Both the position numbers and the translations under genes were made by a program. The notes beneath the pieces are model-generated. The model saw only the letters and a program-made list of their open reading frames with translations. It did not search any database and was not told the origin of the DNA. A stretch of DNA of 64,000 nucleotides from positions 19,715 to 83,714 of the forward strand of contig NZ_JBCNNI010000002.1 of NCBI RefSeq assembly GCF_039594485.1. The letters run 5' to 3'. Of the stretch, positions 54,923 to 64,000 are shown piece by piece (within the stretch, counting starts at the first letter, position 1; each line of letters begins with the position of its first letter). Source of the stretch: Sphingomonas sp. Lineage in GTDB: Bacteria; Pseudomonadota; Alphaproteobacteria; Sphingomonadales; Sphingomonadaceae.

Positions 54923-56224
54923 ATGAGCGAGCGTGAGGACAAGGATCGGTACGTCCGTATCGAGGGCAGGCAGGCGGAGCTGGGCATGTATGTTCACGCC
55001 TTGCATTGTTCGTGGCTGATGAACCCCTTCTGGCGGAAGAGCTTCCTGCTGATCGACCCTGCGGATCGCGAAAAGATTCGCCGGGACGTGGCCCATATCA
55101 CCATCGATCTTGCCAAGGGGCGCGGCCTGACGCTGGTCGCCAAGCCCGACGTCCTGGAATCGGGCGAACCGCCCATTCCACAACCGCGCTCGGCTCCCGA
55201 GCCCGAGCCTCATGCGGCGGTCGTCACCTCGATCCGTCCGCGCCGCCGCAAGCCGCCGACCGAACTGGAATTGGCAAGCGCGACCGCCGCAAAGGCGACG
55301 GCCGCAGTGACCCGGCTTTTCGCCGAAGCGCGTCTTGGCCGGGTGATCCGCACGGCGGACCTGGTTTCGATGGTCGAGGATATCGCCCAGGCGACCCACA
55401 AGGGCACCGGCGCGATGATCGCGGTGACCCGCCTGAAGGACACGGACCAATATACCTATATCCATTCGGTCGCGGTCGGCACGCTGATGATGGGGCTGGC
55501 CCGCCAGTTGGGCATGAGCGATGAAGATGTGCATGTCGCCGGAATGGCGGGGCTGCTCCACGATATCGGCAAGATGCAGATTGCGCCGGAGATCGTCGAC
55601 AAGCCCGGTCGTCTGGACGCAGGCGAACTGGCGCAGATGCGTCTGCATCCCGGCCTGGGGCACCGCATCCTGCTCGACATCGACGACCTCGACCCTCGAA
55701 TCCTGGACGTCTGCCGCCATCATCACGAAAAGATGGACGGCACCGGCTATCCCGACGGCCTGAAGGGCGAGGAAGTCAGCCTCTTCGCGCGGCTGTCGGC
55801 GGTATGCGACGTCTATGATGCGGTGACGTCGATCCGGTCGTACAAGCGCGCCTGGTCGCCGCACGAAGCGCTGGCCCAGATGATCGAATGGGAAGGCCAT
55901 TTCGACCCGGAGATACTGCGCGCCTTCATCGCCAGCCTGGATATCCAGCCCTTCGGCGCGCTGGTCCGGTTGAATTCCAATCGGCTGGGGATCGTGGTGC
56001 GCGAGGGGGAAAGCCCCACCACGCCGATCGTTCGCGCCTTTTTCGACGTGCCGGACCAGCAAATGACAGCGATCGAGGATGTCGCGACCAGCCATGATGC
56101 GATCATCCGGGTCGAGCGTGGCGAATATTGGTTCGGCGTCCGCTGGGCGATGCTCCAGGCCGAGATCATGGCGCAGGCCGCCGTGCCCGAGATTCCGGTG
56201 CGTCGTCGCGCGGGCAGGATGTAG
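54923..56224 (+). CDS. HD-GYP domain protein (putative c-di-GMP phosphodiesterase) with a DUF3391-like N-terminus
   Basis: LLHDIGK and HHEKMDGTGYPDGL motifs. 433 aa. Confidence 0.9.
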   Translation: MSEREDKDRYVRIEGRQAELGMYVHALHCSWLMNPFWRKSFLLIDPADREKIRRDVAHITIDLAKGRGLTLVAKPDVLESGEPPIPQPRSAPEPEPHAAVVTSIRPRRRKPPTELELASATAAKATAAVTRLFAEARLGRVIRTADLVSMVEDIAQATHKGTGAMIAVTRLKDTDQYTYIHSVAVGTLMMGLARQLGMSDEDVHVAGMAGLLHDIGKMQIAPEIVDKPGRLDAGELAQMRLHPGLGHRILLDIDDLDPRILDVCRHHHEKMDGTGYPDGLKGEEVSLFARLSAVCDVYDAVTSIRSYKRAWSPHEALAQMIEWEGHFDPEILRAFIASLDIQPFGALVRLNSNRLGIVVREGESPTTPIVRAFFDVPDQQMTAIEDVATSHDAIIRVERGEYWFGVRWAMLQAEIMAQAAVPEIPVRRRAGRM

Positions 56225-56281
56225 CTCCCCGGTGGATCGTGATAGGCTGCGGCGCCACCGCCTGGAAAGGAGCAGCCCTGC

Positions 56282-56752
56282 GTGCACATCCGTCCCGCCG
56301 ACGACCGCGACGCGCCCGGCATGTCCGGTGTGCTTCTCGATATCATCGCGCTGACCGGTCGCATGCGCCCGCATGACGAAGCCTTTGTCCGATCGCATTA
56401 CATCACCAACCCCGACAGCATATGGTGCAGCATCGCGCTGGACGATGACGGAATGCTGGGCTTTCAGTCCCTGGTCCGCGCAACGCCTGGCAATCGATAC
56501 GGCGTGCCGCAGGGTTGGGGCATTATCGGCACGCATATCCGTCCCCGCGCGCACCGGCGGGGTGTGGGCACCGCCCTGTTCGCCGCCAGCCACCACGCCG
56601 CCGTCCAGGCCGGGCTGTCGTCGATCGACGCCTCTATCGGCGCGGACAATCCGATGGGACTGCGCTATTATGAGGCGATGGGCTTTCGCACCTATCGGGA
56701 GGGCGACGGTATCGTCCAGAAGATGCTGACGCTCCCCGCCCAAGCCCGCTGA
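56282..56752 (+). CDS. GNAT family N-acetyltransferase
   Basis: GTG start. The acetyl-CoA motif RRGVGTAL and the terminal YYEAMGF are typical of GNAT. Confidence 0.8.
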   Translation: MHIRPADDRDAPGMSGVLLDIIALTGRMRPHDEAFVRSHYITNPDSIWCSIALDDDGMLGFQSLVRATPGNRYGVPQGWGIIGTHIRPRAHRRGVGTALFAASHHAAVQAGLSSIDASIGADNPMGLRYYEAMGFRTYREGDGIVQKMLTLPAQAR

Positions 56753-56795
56753 CGCAGCCGCAAAGCCGGATTGGCGGCGAGGCCCGCAAGTCTGT

Positions 56796-58427
56796 ATGGC
56801 GCAGGACATGATCCGCCTGAGTGAATTGAAACTGCCTCTCCATCACGCGGACGAGGCACTGCCCGCCGCGATCTGTCGCCGGTTGCGGGTGACCCCGCGC
56901 GACATGATCCGCTTCACCGTGGCCCGGCGCGGGCATGATGCACGCGACAAGGGCAATATCCAGCTCGTCTATTCGGTCGACGTCACGCTGAAGAACGAAC
57001 CCGCCGTGCTGGAGCGGTTCCGCCGCGACCGCGACGTGCAGCGGACGCCCGACACCCGCTATCACCTCCCCTCCGCTCCGCCGCCCGGTGCCAGGCGCCC
57101 GGTGGTCATCGGCGCGGGGCCGTGCGGCCTGTTCGCCGCGCTGGTGCTCGCGCAAGCGGGACATCGCCCGATCATCCTGGAACGCGGCAAGGTGGTGCGC
57201 GAACGCACGCAGGACACATGGGGCCTGTGGCGGCGCAGCGTCCTCAACCCCGAATCCAACGTCCAATATGGCGAAGGGGGCGCCGGCACCTTCTCGGACG
57301 GCAAGCTCTACAGCCGGATCAAGGACCCGCGCCATCTGAACCGCAAGGTGCTGACCGAGTTCGTCAAGGCGGGGGCGCCACCGGAGATCCTGACCGAGGC
57401 GCATCCGCATATCGGCACCTTCCGCCTGGTCACCATGGTCGAGAGCATCCGCGCGACCATCGAGGAACTGGGCGGCGAATATCGTTTCTCCACCCGCGTC
57501 GACGGGCTGGACATCGAGATCGATGGCTCGGGCGCGCGGCGGGTGCGCGGCCTGCACCTGAATGGCGGCGGCTATCTGGAGGCCGATCACGTCGTCCTCG
57601 CCATCGGCCACAGCGCGCGCGACAGTTTCGCGATGCTCCAGGCCGCGGGCGTGCATGTCAAGGCCAAGCCCTTTTCGGTCGGCGTGCGCATCGAGCATCC
57701 GCAAGGGTGGATCGACCGGGCGCGGTTCGGCCATCAGGCGGGGCATCCGATCCTGGGCGCGGCGGAATATCACATCTCGCACCACTGCCGGAACGGGCGC
57801 ACGGTCTATAGCTTCTGCATGTGCCCGGGTGGCACCGTGGTCGCCGCGACCTCCGAAGAGGGCCGCGTCGCGACCAACGGCATGAGCCAATATTCGCGCA
57901 ACGAACGCAACGCCAATTCGGGCTTCGTCGTCGCGATCGATCCCGAACGCGACTATCCGGGCGATCCGCTGGCGGGGATCACGCTGCAACGCCAGTTGGA
58001 GGAGCAGGCCTTCATCGCGGGCGGATCGAACTACAAGGCCCCTGCACAGCGCGTCGGCGATTTCCTGGCGGGTCGCCCATCGACCGGGCTGGGAACGGTG
58101 ACGCCCTCCTATCGCCCCGGCGTCACCCCGACCGACCTGTCGCAATGCCTGCCCGATTTCGTGATCGAGGCGATGCGTGAGGCGATTCCCGTGTTCGGTC
58201 GCCAGATCGCCGGCTATGATCACCCGGACGTGGTGATGACGGGGGTCGAGACCCGTACCTCCTCACCCGTCCGCTTCACGCGCGGCGAGGATGGGCACAG
58301 CCTCAACACGCGCGGCCTGTTCCCGGCGGGCGAAGGCGCGGGCTATGCGGGCGGCATCCTGTCGGCGGCGGTCGACGGCATCAAGACGGCCGAGGCGGTC
58401 GCGCACAGCATCACGGCGGCGGCGTGA
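56796..58427 (+). CDS. NAD(P)/FAD-dependent oxidoreductase (COG2509-type)
   Basis: Dinucleotide motif VVIGAGPCGLFAAL and the C-terminal FPAGEGAGYAGGI. 543 aa. Confidence 0.85.
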   Translation: MAQDMIRLSELKLPLHHADEALPAAICRRLRVTPRDMIRFTVARRGHDARDKGNIQLVYSVDVTLKNEPAVLERFRRDRDVQRTPDTRYHLPSAPPPGARRPVVIGAGPCGLFAALVLAQAGHRPIILERGKVVRERTQDTWGLWRRSVLNPESNVQYGEGGAGTFSDGKLYSRIKDPRHLNRKVLTEFVKAGAPPEILTEAHPHIGTFRLVTMVESIRATIEELGGEYRFSTRVDGLDIEIDGSGARRVRGLHLNGGGYLEADHVVLAIGHSARDSFAMLQAAGVHVKAKPFSVGVRIEHPQGWIDRARFGHQAGHPILGAAEYHISHHCRNGRTVYSFCMCPGGTVVAATSEEGRVATNGMSQYSRNERNANSGFVVAIDPERDYPGDPLAGITLQRQLEEQAFIAGGSNYKAPAQRVGDFLAGRPSTGLGTVTPSYRPGVTPTDLSQCLPDFVIEAMREAIPVFGRQIAGYDHPDVVMTGVETRTSSPVRFTRGEDGHSLNTRGLFPAGEGAGYAGGILSAAVDGIKTAEAVAHSITAAA

Positions 58428-58810
58428 AGATCTTCTTCGACGGCGGGCTGCGCCCGACCGGCATGGAGTGGGCGGTGGTAGTCGGGGGGCAGGCCCATAT
58501 CGAACGGGGTCTCGGTGCGGGCGACAGCATGGATGCCGAGTGGCTGGCGCTGATCGCCGCGACCCGGCTGGCCCATGTGCATGGGCTGGTCGACGCGCTG
58601 CTGATGGGCGATTCGGCGGCGGTGATCGGGCAGGCGTCGGGCCGGGTGCGCGTGCCGCCCGCCTATCGCGGTCATTTCCGGCTCTGGTCGGACCTGCCGC
58701 GCCCGACGGGCCGGTTTCGCCTGCGCCACATCAGGCGGACGCAGAATCTGGCGGGCATCGCGCTAGAAAAACCCTGGGTGGCGCAGCGCATGGGCTCGCG
58801 GGAGGAATAG
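58424..58810 (+). CDS. RNase H-like (reverse-transcriptase-like RNase HI fold) protein
   Basis: The GTG overlaps the upstream TGA (GTGA). Candidate acidic catalytic residues lie in FFDGG, AEWLAL and GDS. 128 aa. Assigned by eye. Confidence 0.55.
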   Translation: MKIFFDGGLRPTGMEWAVVVGGQAHIERGLGAGDSMDAEWLALIAATRLAHVHGLVDALLMGDSAAVIGQASGRVRVPPAYRGHFRLWSDLPRPTGRFRLRHIRRTQNLAGIALEKPWVAQRMGSREE

Positions 58811-58816
58811 CCCCCC

Positions 58817-60133
58817 TCACCGCATCGCGAAGGTGCGCGACAGGCCGTGATACAGTTTTTCGCGGCACACATACTGGCTGACCCCGTCGGCGATGAAGGC
58901 GGCGGCGAACATGGGCAGCATCAGGCCACGGCTCGCGGTCGTCTCCGACAGGATGATCACGGCGGTCAGCGGCGCGCGGACGACGCCCGCGAAATAGGCG
59001 ACCATGCCCAGGATCACGATCGCCGACACCGGCGAGCCCGGATAGATGGCGCTCAGGAGGTTGCCGACCCCCGCCCCCACCGCCAGCGAGGGGGCGAAGA
59101 TACCGCCGGGCAGTCCCGCCACGGCGGTCGCGAGCGTGGCGAGGAACTTGGCGGGGCCGAACCACAAGGGCGCATCGACGCCGACGATCATCGCCCGCGC
59201 CGCACCGTAACCCGTACCCCAGGTCAGCCCGGTGCCGACGCCCAGCGCCGCCACGACCAGTCCGCACAGGGCGGCGAACAGGATCGGCCGCGCCTTGCTC
59301 CACCGGGTCAGCCGGTTGGTGCCCGTGGCCGCCATCAGCATCAGCCGCGCGAAACCGCCTCCCGCCAGTCCGCCCACGACCCCGGCGACCGGCACGACGA
59401 GCAGCGCGCTGACGATCGGCATATGCGCGCCGATCACGCCGAAATAGACATAATCGCCCTGTGCCGACTGCGCGACCATACCCGCGATCGCGATCGCCGC
59501 GATGACCAGCAGGGTCACCTTCTGCTCATAGGCGGAGGCCAGTTCCTCGATCGCGAAGAGCAGCCCGGCGAGCGGCGTGTTGAACGCCGCCGCAACCCCC
59601 GCCGCGCCGCCGGCGATCAGGACCGCCCCGCGCAGGGGTACGCCCAGTAATCGATGGGTCAGCCCCATGATCGCCGCGGCGATCTGCACCGTCGGCCCCT
59701 CGCGCCCGACCGACGCGCCGCCCAGCACCGCCGCCAGCGTCAGCGCGGCCTTGCCCATGACGGTCCGCATCGACACCAGTCCCTCGGTCGCGCGCTCGGG
59801 ATCGGCCTGCGCCGCCATCACCTGCGGAATGCCCGACCCGCGCGCCAGCGGCACGAACCGCCGGGTGATCCAGACCAGGCCCGCGAACAGCAAGGGCGTG
59901 ACAATCAACGGCGCCCAATGATAGCGCGCGGCGAAATGGCCGAACATCTCGCCCGCCAGGTCCGCCGCCTCGGCGAACAGGGTCGCGGCCAGACCGATCG
60001 CCACCGCACCGATCAGGATCGCCATCCGCGTGCGGAAGCGCACCGATCCCGGCCCCTGTGCACGCAACAGCGCACGATAGCGCGCGGGCGTCCATCGACG
60101 CGACCCGGAGCGGGGCGGATGAGTCTCTGCCAT
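58817..60133 (-). CDS. ClC-family voltage-gated chloride channel / H+-Cl- antiporter
   Basis: GSGIP, GREGP and GIFAPS selectivity motifs. Start chosen at MAETHPP; the ORF could extend to 60157. Confidence 0.9.
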   Translation of the reverse strand: MAETHPPRSGSRRWTPARYRALLRAQGPGSVRFRTRMAILIGAVAIGLAATLFAEAADLAGEMFGHFAARYHWAPLIVTPLLFAGLVWITRRFVPLARGSGIPQVMAAQADPERATEGLVSMRTVMGKAALTLAAVLGGASVGREGPTVQIAAAIMGLTHRLLGVPLRGAVLIAGGAAGVAAAFNTPLAGLLFAIEELASAYEQKVTLLVIAAIAIAGMVAQSAQGDYVYFGVIGAHMPIVSALLVVPVAGVVGGLAGGGFARLMLMAATGTNRLTRWSKARPILFAALCGLVVAALGVGTGLTWGTGYGAARAMIVGVDAPLWFGPAKFLATLATAVAGLPGGIFAPSLAVGAGVGNLLSAIYPGSPVSAIVILGMVAYFAGVVRAPLTAVIILSETTASRGLMLPMFAAAFIADGVSQYVCREKLYHGLSRTFAMR

Positions 60134-60345
60134 GTCCTCGCCTCTACACGCCAACACCCCGCAAAGGCCAGCGGGAGGTGCGGTGCAATCCGCCCGGAAA
60201 AGAGAAGGACAAGGGACGGGGCGCTGTCCCTGTCCTTCAGTATCGGGGCCCAGTCACCGCCCAAGCCCTCCCGTCCGCAACGGGGCTTGCCCGCCCCCCT
60301 TTCAGCCGACATCATGTCATCGATTTCATTCGAAAAACGGGGAAG

Positions 60346-62781
60346 ATGATGGTTCGGATCACGTTATGCTTGGCGGCGCTGCTGGCATCGAGCGCAGCCT
60401 GGGCGGCCGAACCGACGACGACCTATCATCGTGCGCCCGACGCCATCGCGCGCATCCTGGAAACCCCGCCTACCCCGGCCGTCGCGGTCAGTCCCGATCA
60501 CAGGACGCTGGCCATTCTGGGGCGCGAGAATCTGCCCCTGATCGCCAATCTCTCCAAGCCGATCCTGCGGTTGGCAGGCTATCGCATCGATCCGGCCACC
60601 AACGGCCCGGCCGAGGTCCGGGTGCAGTGGTTGAACGCCCTGTCGTTCAAGGACGTCGCGAGCGGACGCATCGTGGCCGTTCCCCTGCCCGCGGGCACCC
60701 GCTTCTCCACGCCCGACTGGTCGCCCGATGGCAGCCGGATGGCCTTTGTCGCGCAGGAGCCGAACGGGCTGGCGCTGTGGATCGCCGATCGTTCGGGTCA
60801 GGCGCGCCGCCTGGTGGGCGGGCTGAACGCCGCCTTCGGTCGCGCTTATGCGTGGATGCCCGATGGTCGTTCCCTGGTGGTACGGCTGGTTCCCACCGAT
60901 CGCGGCGCGGCGCCAAGTACCGACCCGACGCCGACCGGCCCGGTCGTGCAGGAAAGCAACGGCCGCCGATCGGCCGCGCGCACCTATGAGGATCTGCTGA
61001 AGAACGCGAATGACGAGGCGCTGTTCGACTATTATTTCACCAGTGTCCTGGGGGTGGTCGATGTCGCGGACGGCGCGATCCATGCCCTGAAACCCAAGGC
61101 CTTGTGGCGCAGCTTCAGCGTCTCGCCCGATGGCCAGTTCATCCTGACCGAACGGCTCAAACGCCCATATAGCTATCTACTGCCCGCCCCTTTCTTTCCC
61201 ACCGAGATCGCGGTCGAACAGATACGCGGCGGCCATCAGGGCCGGGTGCTGGTCGACCGCCCGCTGGCCGACGAACTGCCGGTCGATTTCGATGCGGTGG
61301 TCAAGGGCCCGCGCGAGGCGGAATGGCGCAGCGACGCCCCCGCCACCCTGGTCTGGGCCGAGGCGCTGGACGGCGGCGATCCCAAGGCGGACGTGCCGAA
61401 TCACGACCGGCTGATGATGCAGGCCGCGCCCTTCACTGCAGAACCGGTCGAACTGGCCCGAACGGTCAAGCGCTATGCCGGCACCATGTGGGGCGATGAC
61501 GGCTTCGCCCTGGTCGTCGATCGCGAGTGGAAGACGCGGTCCGAACGCCGCTATGCCGTCGCGCCCGCCCGACCGGGCCATGCGCGACTGCTCGCGACCC
61601 GCAACTATCAGGACCAATATGGCGACCCCGGCCTCCCCCTCACCGAGGAGAATGCCGCGGGCAAGCCGGTGATGCGCTTCACCCCCGATCACAAGGCCGT
61701 CTTCGTCACCGGCGAGGGCGCGACCAAGGCGGGAGCCTTCCCCTTCCTGGCGCTGATGCCGATCGCGGGTGGCGAGCAGACCCGGCTGTGGACCGCCAAG
61801 GCCCCCTATTATGAAGAGGTCGTTTCGCTGCTCGACGACAAGGGCGCGCGGATACTGACCCGACGGGAAAGCGCCAAGCTCGCCCCCAATTACATGATCC
61901 GCAGCGTCAGGGGCGGCACGGCCAGGGCGATCACCGACTTCGCCGACCCCGCGCCGGTCTTCGCCAATGTGACGCAGCGGACGATCACCTACAACCGCGC
62001 CGACGGCCTGCCGCTGTCGGGTACGCTCTATCTGCCCGCCGGATATGACGCGAAGCGTGACGGGCCGCTGCCGACCCTCCTCTGGGCCTATCCGTCCGAA
62101 TATACCGATGCCAAGGTGGCCGGGCAGACGGTGGACCAAGGCAATCGCTTCGTCCGACCGCGCGGGATCAGCCACCTGTTCCTGCTGACCCAGGGCTATG
62201 CGGTGCTCGACGATCCGGCGATGCCGATCATCGGCGAGAACGGCGCCGAGCCCAACGACACCTATGTCAAACAATTGCAGGCGGATGCGCAGGCGGCGGT
62301 CGATGCGGTCGTCAAGCTGGGCGTCGCCGATCGGAACCGGATCGCCGTGGGCGGCCACAGCTACGGCGCGTTCATGACCGCCAATCTGCTGGCGCACACC
62401 AACCTGTTCCGCGCCGGGATCGCGCGGTCGGGAGCCTATAATCGCACGCTTACCCCCTTCGGCTTCCAGGCGGAACAGCGCACCTATTGGCAGGCGACGC
62501 TGACCTATACCGAGATGTCGCCCTTCACCTATGCCGACCGGATCAAGTCGCCGATCCTGCTGATCCACGGCGCGGCGGACGACAATTCGGGTACCTTCCC
62601 GATCCAGTCGGAGCGGATGTACGCCGCGCTGAAGGGCAATGGCGCGACGGTCCGCTATGTCGTCCTGCCCAACGAGCCGCATGGCTATCGCGCGCTGGAA
62701 TCGACCGGTGAAACCCTGTGGCAGATGACCGATTGGCTTGACCGCTATGTAAAGCCGGTGCGCGATCCGCAGCCGCAATAG
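60346..62781 (+). CDS. S9 family (prolyl oligopeptidase-type) serine peptidase
   Basis: Signal peptide MMVRITLCLAALLASSAAWA. Beta-propeller N-terminal half. Catalytic GGHSYGAF, with a later Asp and His (EPHGY). The upstream part of the track ORF is antisense to the ClC gene. Confidence 0.9.
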   Translation: MMVRITLCLAALLASSAAWAAEPTTTYHRAPDAIARILETPPTPAVAVSPDHRTLAILGRENLPLIANLSKPILRLAGYRIDPATNGPAEVRVQWLNALSFKDVASGRIVAVPLPAGTRFSTPDWSPDGSRMAFVAQEPNGLALWIADRSGQARRLVGGLNAAFGRAYAWMPDGRSLVVRLVPTDRGAAPSTDPTPTGPVVQESNGRRSAARTYEDLLKNANDEALFDYYFTSVLGVVDVADGAIHALKPKALWRSFSVSPDGQFILTERLKRPYSYLLPAPFFPTEIAVEQIRGGHQGRVLVDRPLADELPVDFDAVVKGPREAEWRSDAPATLVWAEALDGGDPKADVPNHDRLMMQAAPFTAEPVELARTVKRYAGTMWGDDGFALVVDREWKTRSERRYAVAPARPGHARLLATRNYQDQYGDPGLPLTEENAAGKPVMRFTPDHKAVFVTGEGATKAGAFPFLALMPIAGGEQTRLWTAKAPYYEEVVSLLDDKGARILTRRESAKLAPNYMIRSVRGGTARAITDFADPAPVFANVTQRTITYNRADGLPLSGTLYLPAGYDAKRDGPLPTLLWAYPSEYTDAKVAGQTVDQGNRFVRPRGISHLFLLTQGYAVLDDPAMPIIGENGAEPNDTYVKQLQADAQAAVDAVVKLGVADRNRIAVGGHSYGAFMTANLLAHTNLFRAGIARSGAYNRTLTPFGFQAEQRTYWQATLTYTEMSPFTYADRIKSPILLIHGAADDNSGTFPIQSERMYAALKGNGATVRYVVLPNEPHGYRALESTGETLWQMTDWLDRYVKPVRDPQPQ

Positions 62782-62808
62782 GCGCCGCCGGGGGTGTCGC
62801 CGTCCCCG

Positions 62809-64000
62809 TCAGTCGCAGGACGGCTCGACATAGTGGAACCAGGCGAAATCGGCGGGCCGCCCGGTGCCCGCCATGTCCTGGCACGCCATGCCGACGAAGC
62901 TGCCGGTGAAATTGGGCAGGCCGGGCAAGGTCGCTTCGTCGGAGAGCAGGCTGGCGTCGAACGTCTCGGGCAGCCACTGCCAGTCCACCGCACCGCCGGC
63001 TCGGAAGGCGAAGCGCAGGCGTTCGTGATCGACCTCGGCACGCAGTTCGACCGGGCCTTCGGGCACGGCCACCGGCGGGGTGAGCAGGCTCCGTCCCTCG
63101 CCGATCGGCAGGACTGACAGGACCTGGATCACCCGCGCGCCCGCATCGTCGGCGGTCAGGTGCAGGAAGACATATTTGGTGCTGTTGTAATAACAGACCA
63201 GCCCCGCCGCCTGCTGGAAATGCGCGGGCGCGAAGTCGATCCGCGTGCGCGCGTCATAGCGGAACGCGGTCTGGCGGCGCGCGACCAGCGCCTGGGTGAA
63301 ATGGCTGCCGATGGTCTCGCGCCCGTAAAGCCGCAAATGGCCCGGCCGCTCGGTCAGGCTGAAGATATGCTCGGGATAGGGCGTGCGCAGCCATTGGAAG
63401 GCGGCGGGCAGTTCGGGGCCGTCGAACGTGTCGCGTGCCACCACCGGCGTCGCCCCCTCCGCCACCGGCGGCTCCTCGGCACAGCGCAACCACCCGTCCT
63501 CGCCCCAGACCATGCGCCGGATCGCCGTCTCGCGGCCCAGCACGCAGCGATCGCTTGTCGGCAGCGGGCGACCGCAAAGATAGGCCATCCAGGTTTCGCC
63601 CCCGGGCGTGTCGACCAGGTCGCCATGCCCGGTCCGCTGGAGCGGCGCCTGTGGCGTGTCGCGCGCGGTCAGGACCGGCCCATCGGGATGGGTTTCGTAA
63701 GGACCGAACAGCGCGCGCGACCGTGCCATGACCACGGCATGACCGCGCTCGGTCCCGCCCTCGGCGACGAGCAGATGATACCAGCCGTCGCGCTTGTAGA
63801 GATGCGGCCCCTCGGTGAAGCCGAGCGACGTCCCCTCGAAGATGACCCGCCGCTCGCCCAGCAGACGGCCGCTGGCCAGGTCCATCTCCTGCACGACGAT
63901 CCCTGCGAAACGCCGCCGGTCGGGGCGGTGGTCCCACAGCATGTTGAGCAGCCAGCTCCGCCCGTCATCGTCATGGAACAGCGCGGGGTCGAAACCGCTG
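62809..64000 (-). CDS. GH43 family glycoside hydrolase (beta-xylosidase-like), 5' end beyond the window
   Basis: GPHLYKRDGWYHLLVAEGGT and the C-terminal beta-sandwich domain are typical of GH43 XynB-like enzymes. The frame is still open at 64000. Confidence 0.85.
   Translation of the reverse strand, partial: SGFDPALFHDDDGRSWLLNMLWDHRPDRRRFAGIVVQEMDLASGRLLGERRVIFEGTSLGFTEGPHLYKRDGWYHLLVAEGGTERGHAVVMARSRALFGPYETHPDGPVLTARDTPQAPLQRTGHGDLVDTPGGETWMAYLCGRPLPTSDRCVLGRETAIRRMVWGEDGWLRCAEEPPVAEGATPVVARDTFDGPELPAAFQWLRTPYPEHIFSLTERPGHLRLYGRETIGSHFTQALVARRQTAFRYDARTRIDFAPAHFQQAAGLVCYYNSTKYVFLHLTADDAGARVIQVLSVLPIGEGRSLLTPPVAVPEGPVELRAEVDHERLRFAFRAGGAVDWQWLPETFDASLLSDEATLPGLPNFTGSFVGMACQDMAGTGRPADFAWFHYVEPSCD

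Noticed and set aside
52151-56809. Long minus-strand ORFs 52151..54736 and 54845..56809
   Set aside because: They are antisense to the ECF sigma / FecR-like genes and to the HD-GYP / GNAT genes respectively. Their products are low-complexity.
61177-62778. 533-aa minus-strand ORF
   Set aside because: It is antisense to the S9 peptidase gene, which carries the GxSxG catalytic motif.
1-64000. CRISPR arrays, rRNA genes, IS elements or transposases
   Set aside because: I saw no regularly spaced direct repeats, no rRNA-like conserved segments and no DDE or IS-type transposase ORFs. The only recombinases are the serine resolvase and the tyrosine integrase.

Overview
This is a 64-kb high-GC segment. 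Its gene content (many TonB-dependent receptors, SapC, CpdR, RarD, a BCKDH-type operon) suggests a sphingomonad-like alphaproteobacterial chromosome, which is an inference.

Positions 1-23432 look like the integrase-proximal part of an integrative, probably mobilizable element that abuts tRNA-Val(GAC). Its left end lies outside the window. It carries MobA/MobL-type relaxase gene(s), a serine recombinase, a RecA-fold AAA ATPase, hipBA and a tyrosine integrase.

The same element also holds a dense defence island with three parts:
- a type I R-M operon (hsdM-fic-hsdS-hsdR) with an embedded Fic gene;
- a divergent HNH nuclease with an unassigned N-terminal domain;
- an A/T-richer three-gene cassette, DUF262 / DUF3696 AAA ATPase / unknown 330-aa protein (2229-5521).

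The cassette is my best candidate for a poorly described or undescribed system.

Positions 23433-64000 look like core chromosome. They include cpdR, an FGase-family hydrolase, cytochrome b561, SapC, an FAD oxidase, a DEAD-box helicase, a TBDR plus GH144-like glycan locus, a 2-oxoacid dehydrogenase operon and a Fur-box-flanked iron-uptake cluster (TBDR, fiu-piuC). They also include a decaying FecA/FecI/FecR-type signalling module, an HD-GYP protein, a ClC channel, an S9 peptidase and a partial GH43 gene.

Other points worth a second look:
- a candidate sRNA with its own promoter and terminator (about 24821-24966);
- a palindromic repeat element inserted in frame into the E2 linker;
- a G7 tract at a relaxase frame break;
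- several perfect inverted repeats in the mobile element.

I saw no CRISPR array, rRNA or transposase. Many long ORFs in the track are antisense shadow ORFs typical of high-GC DNA, and I ignored them.
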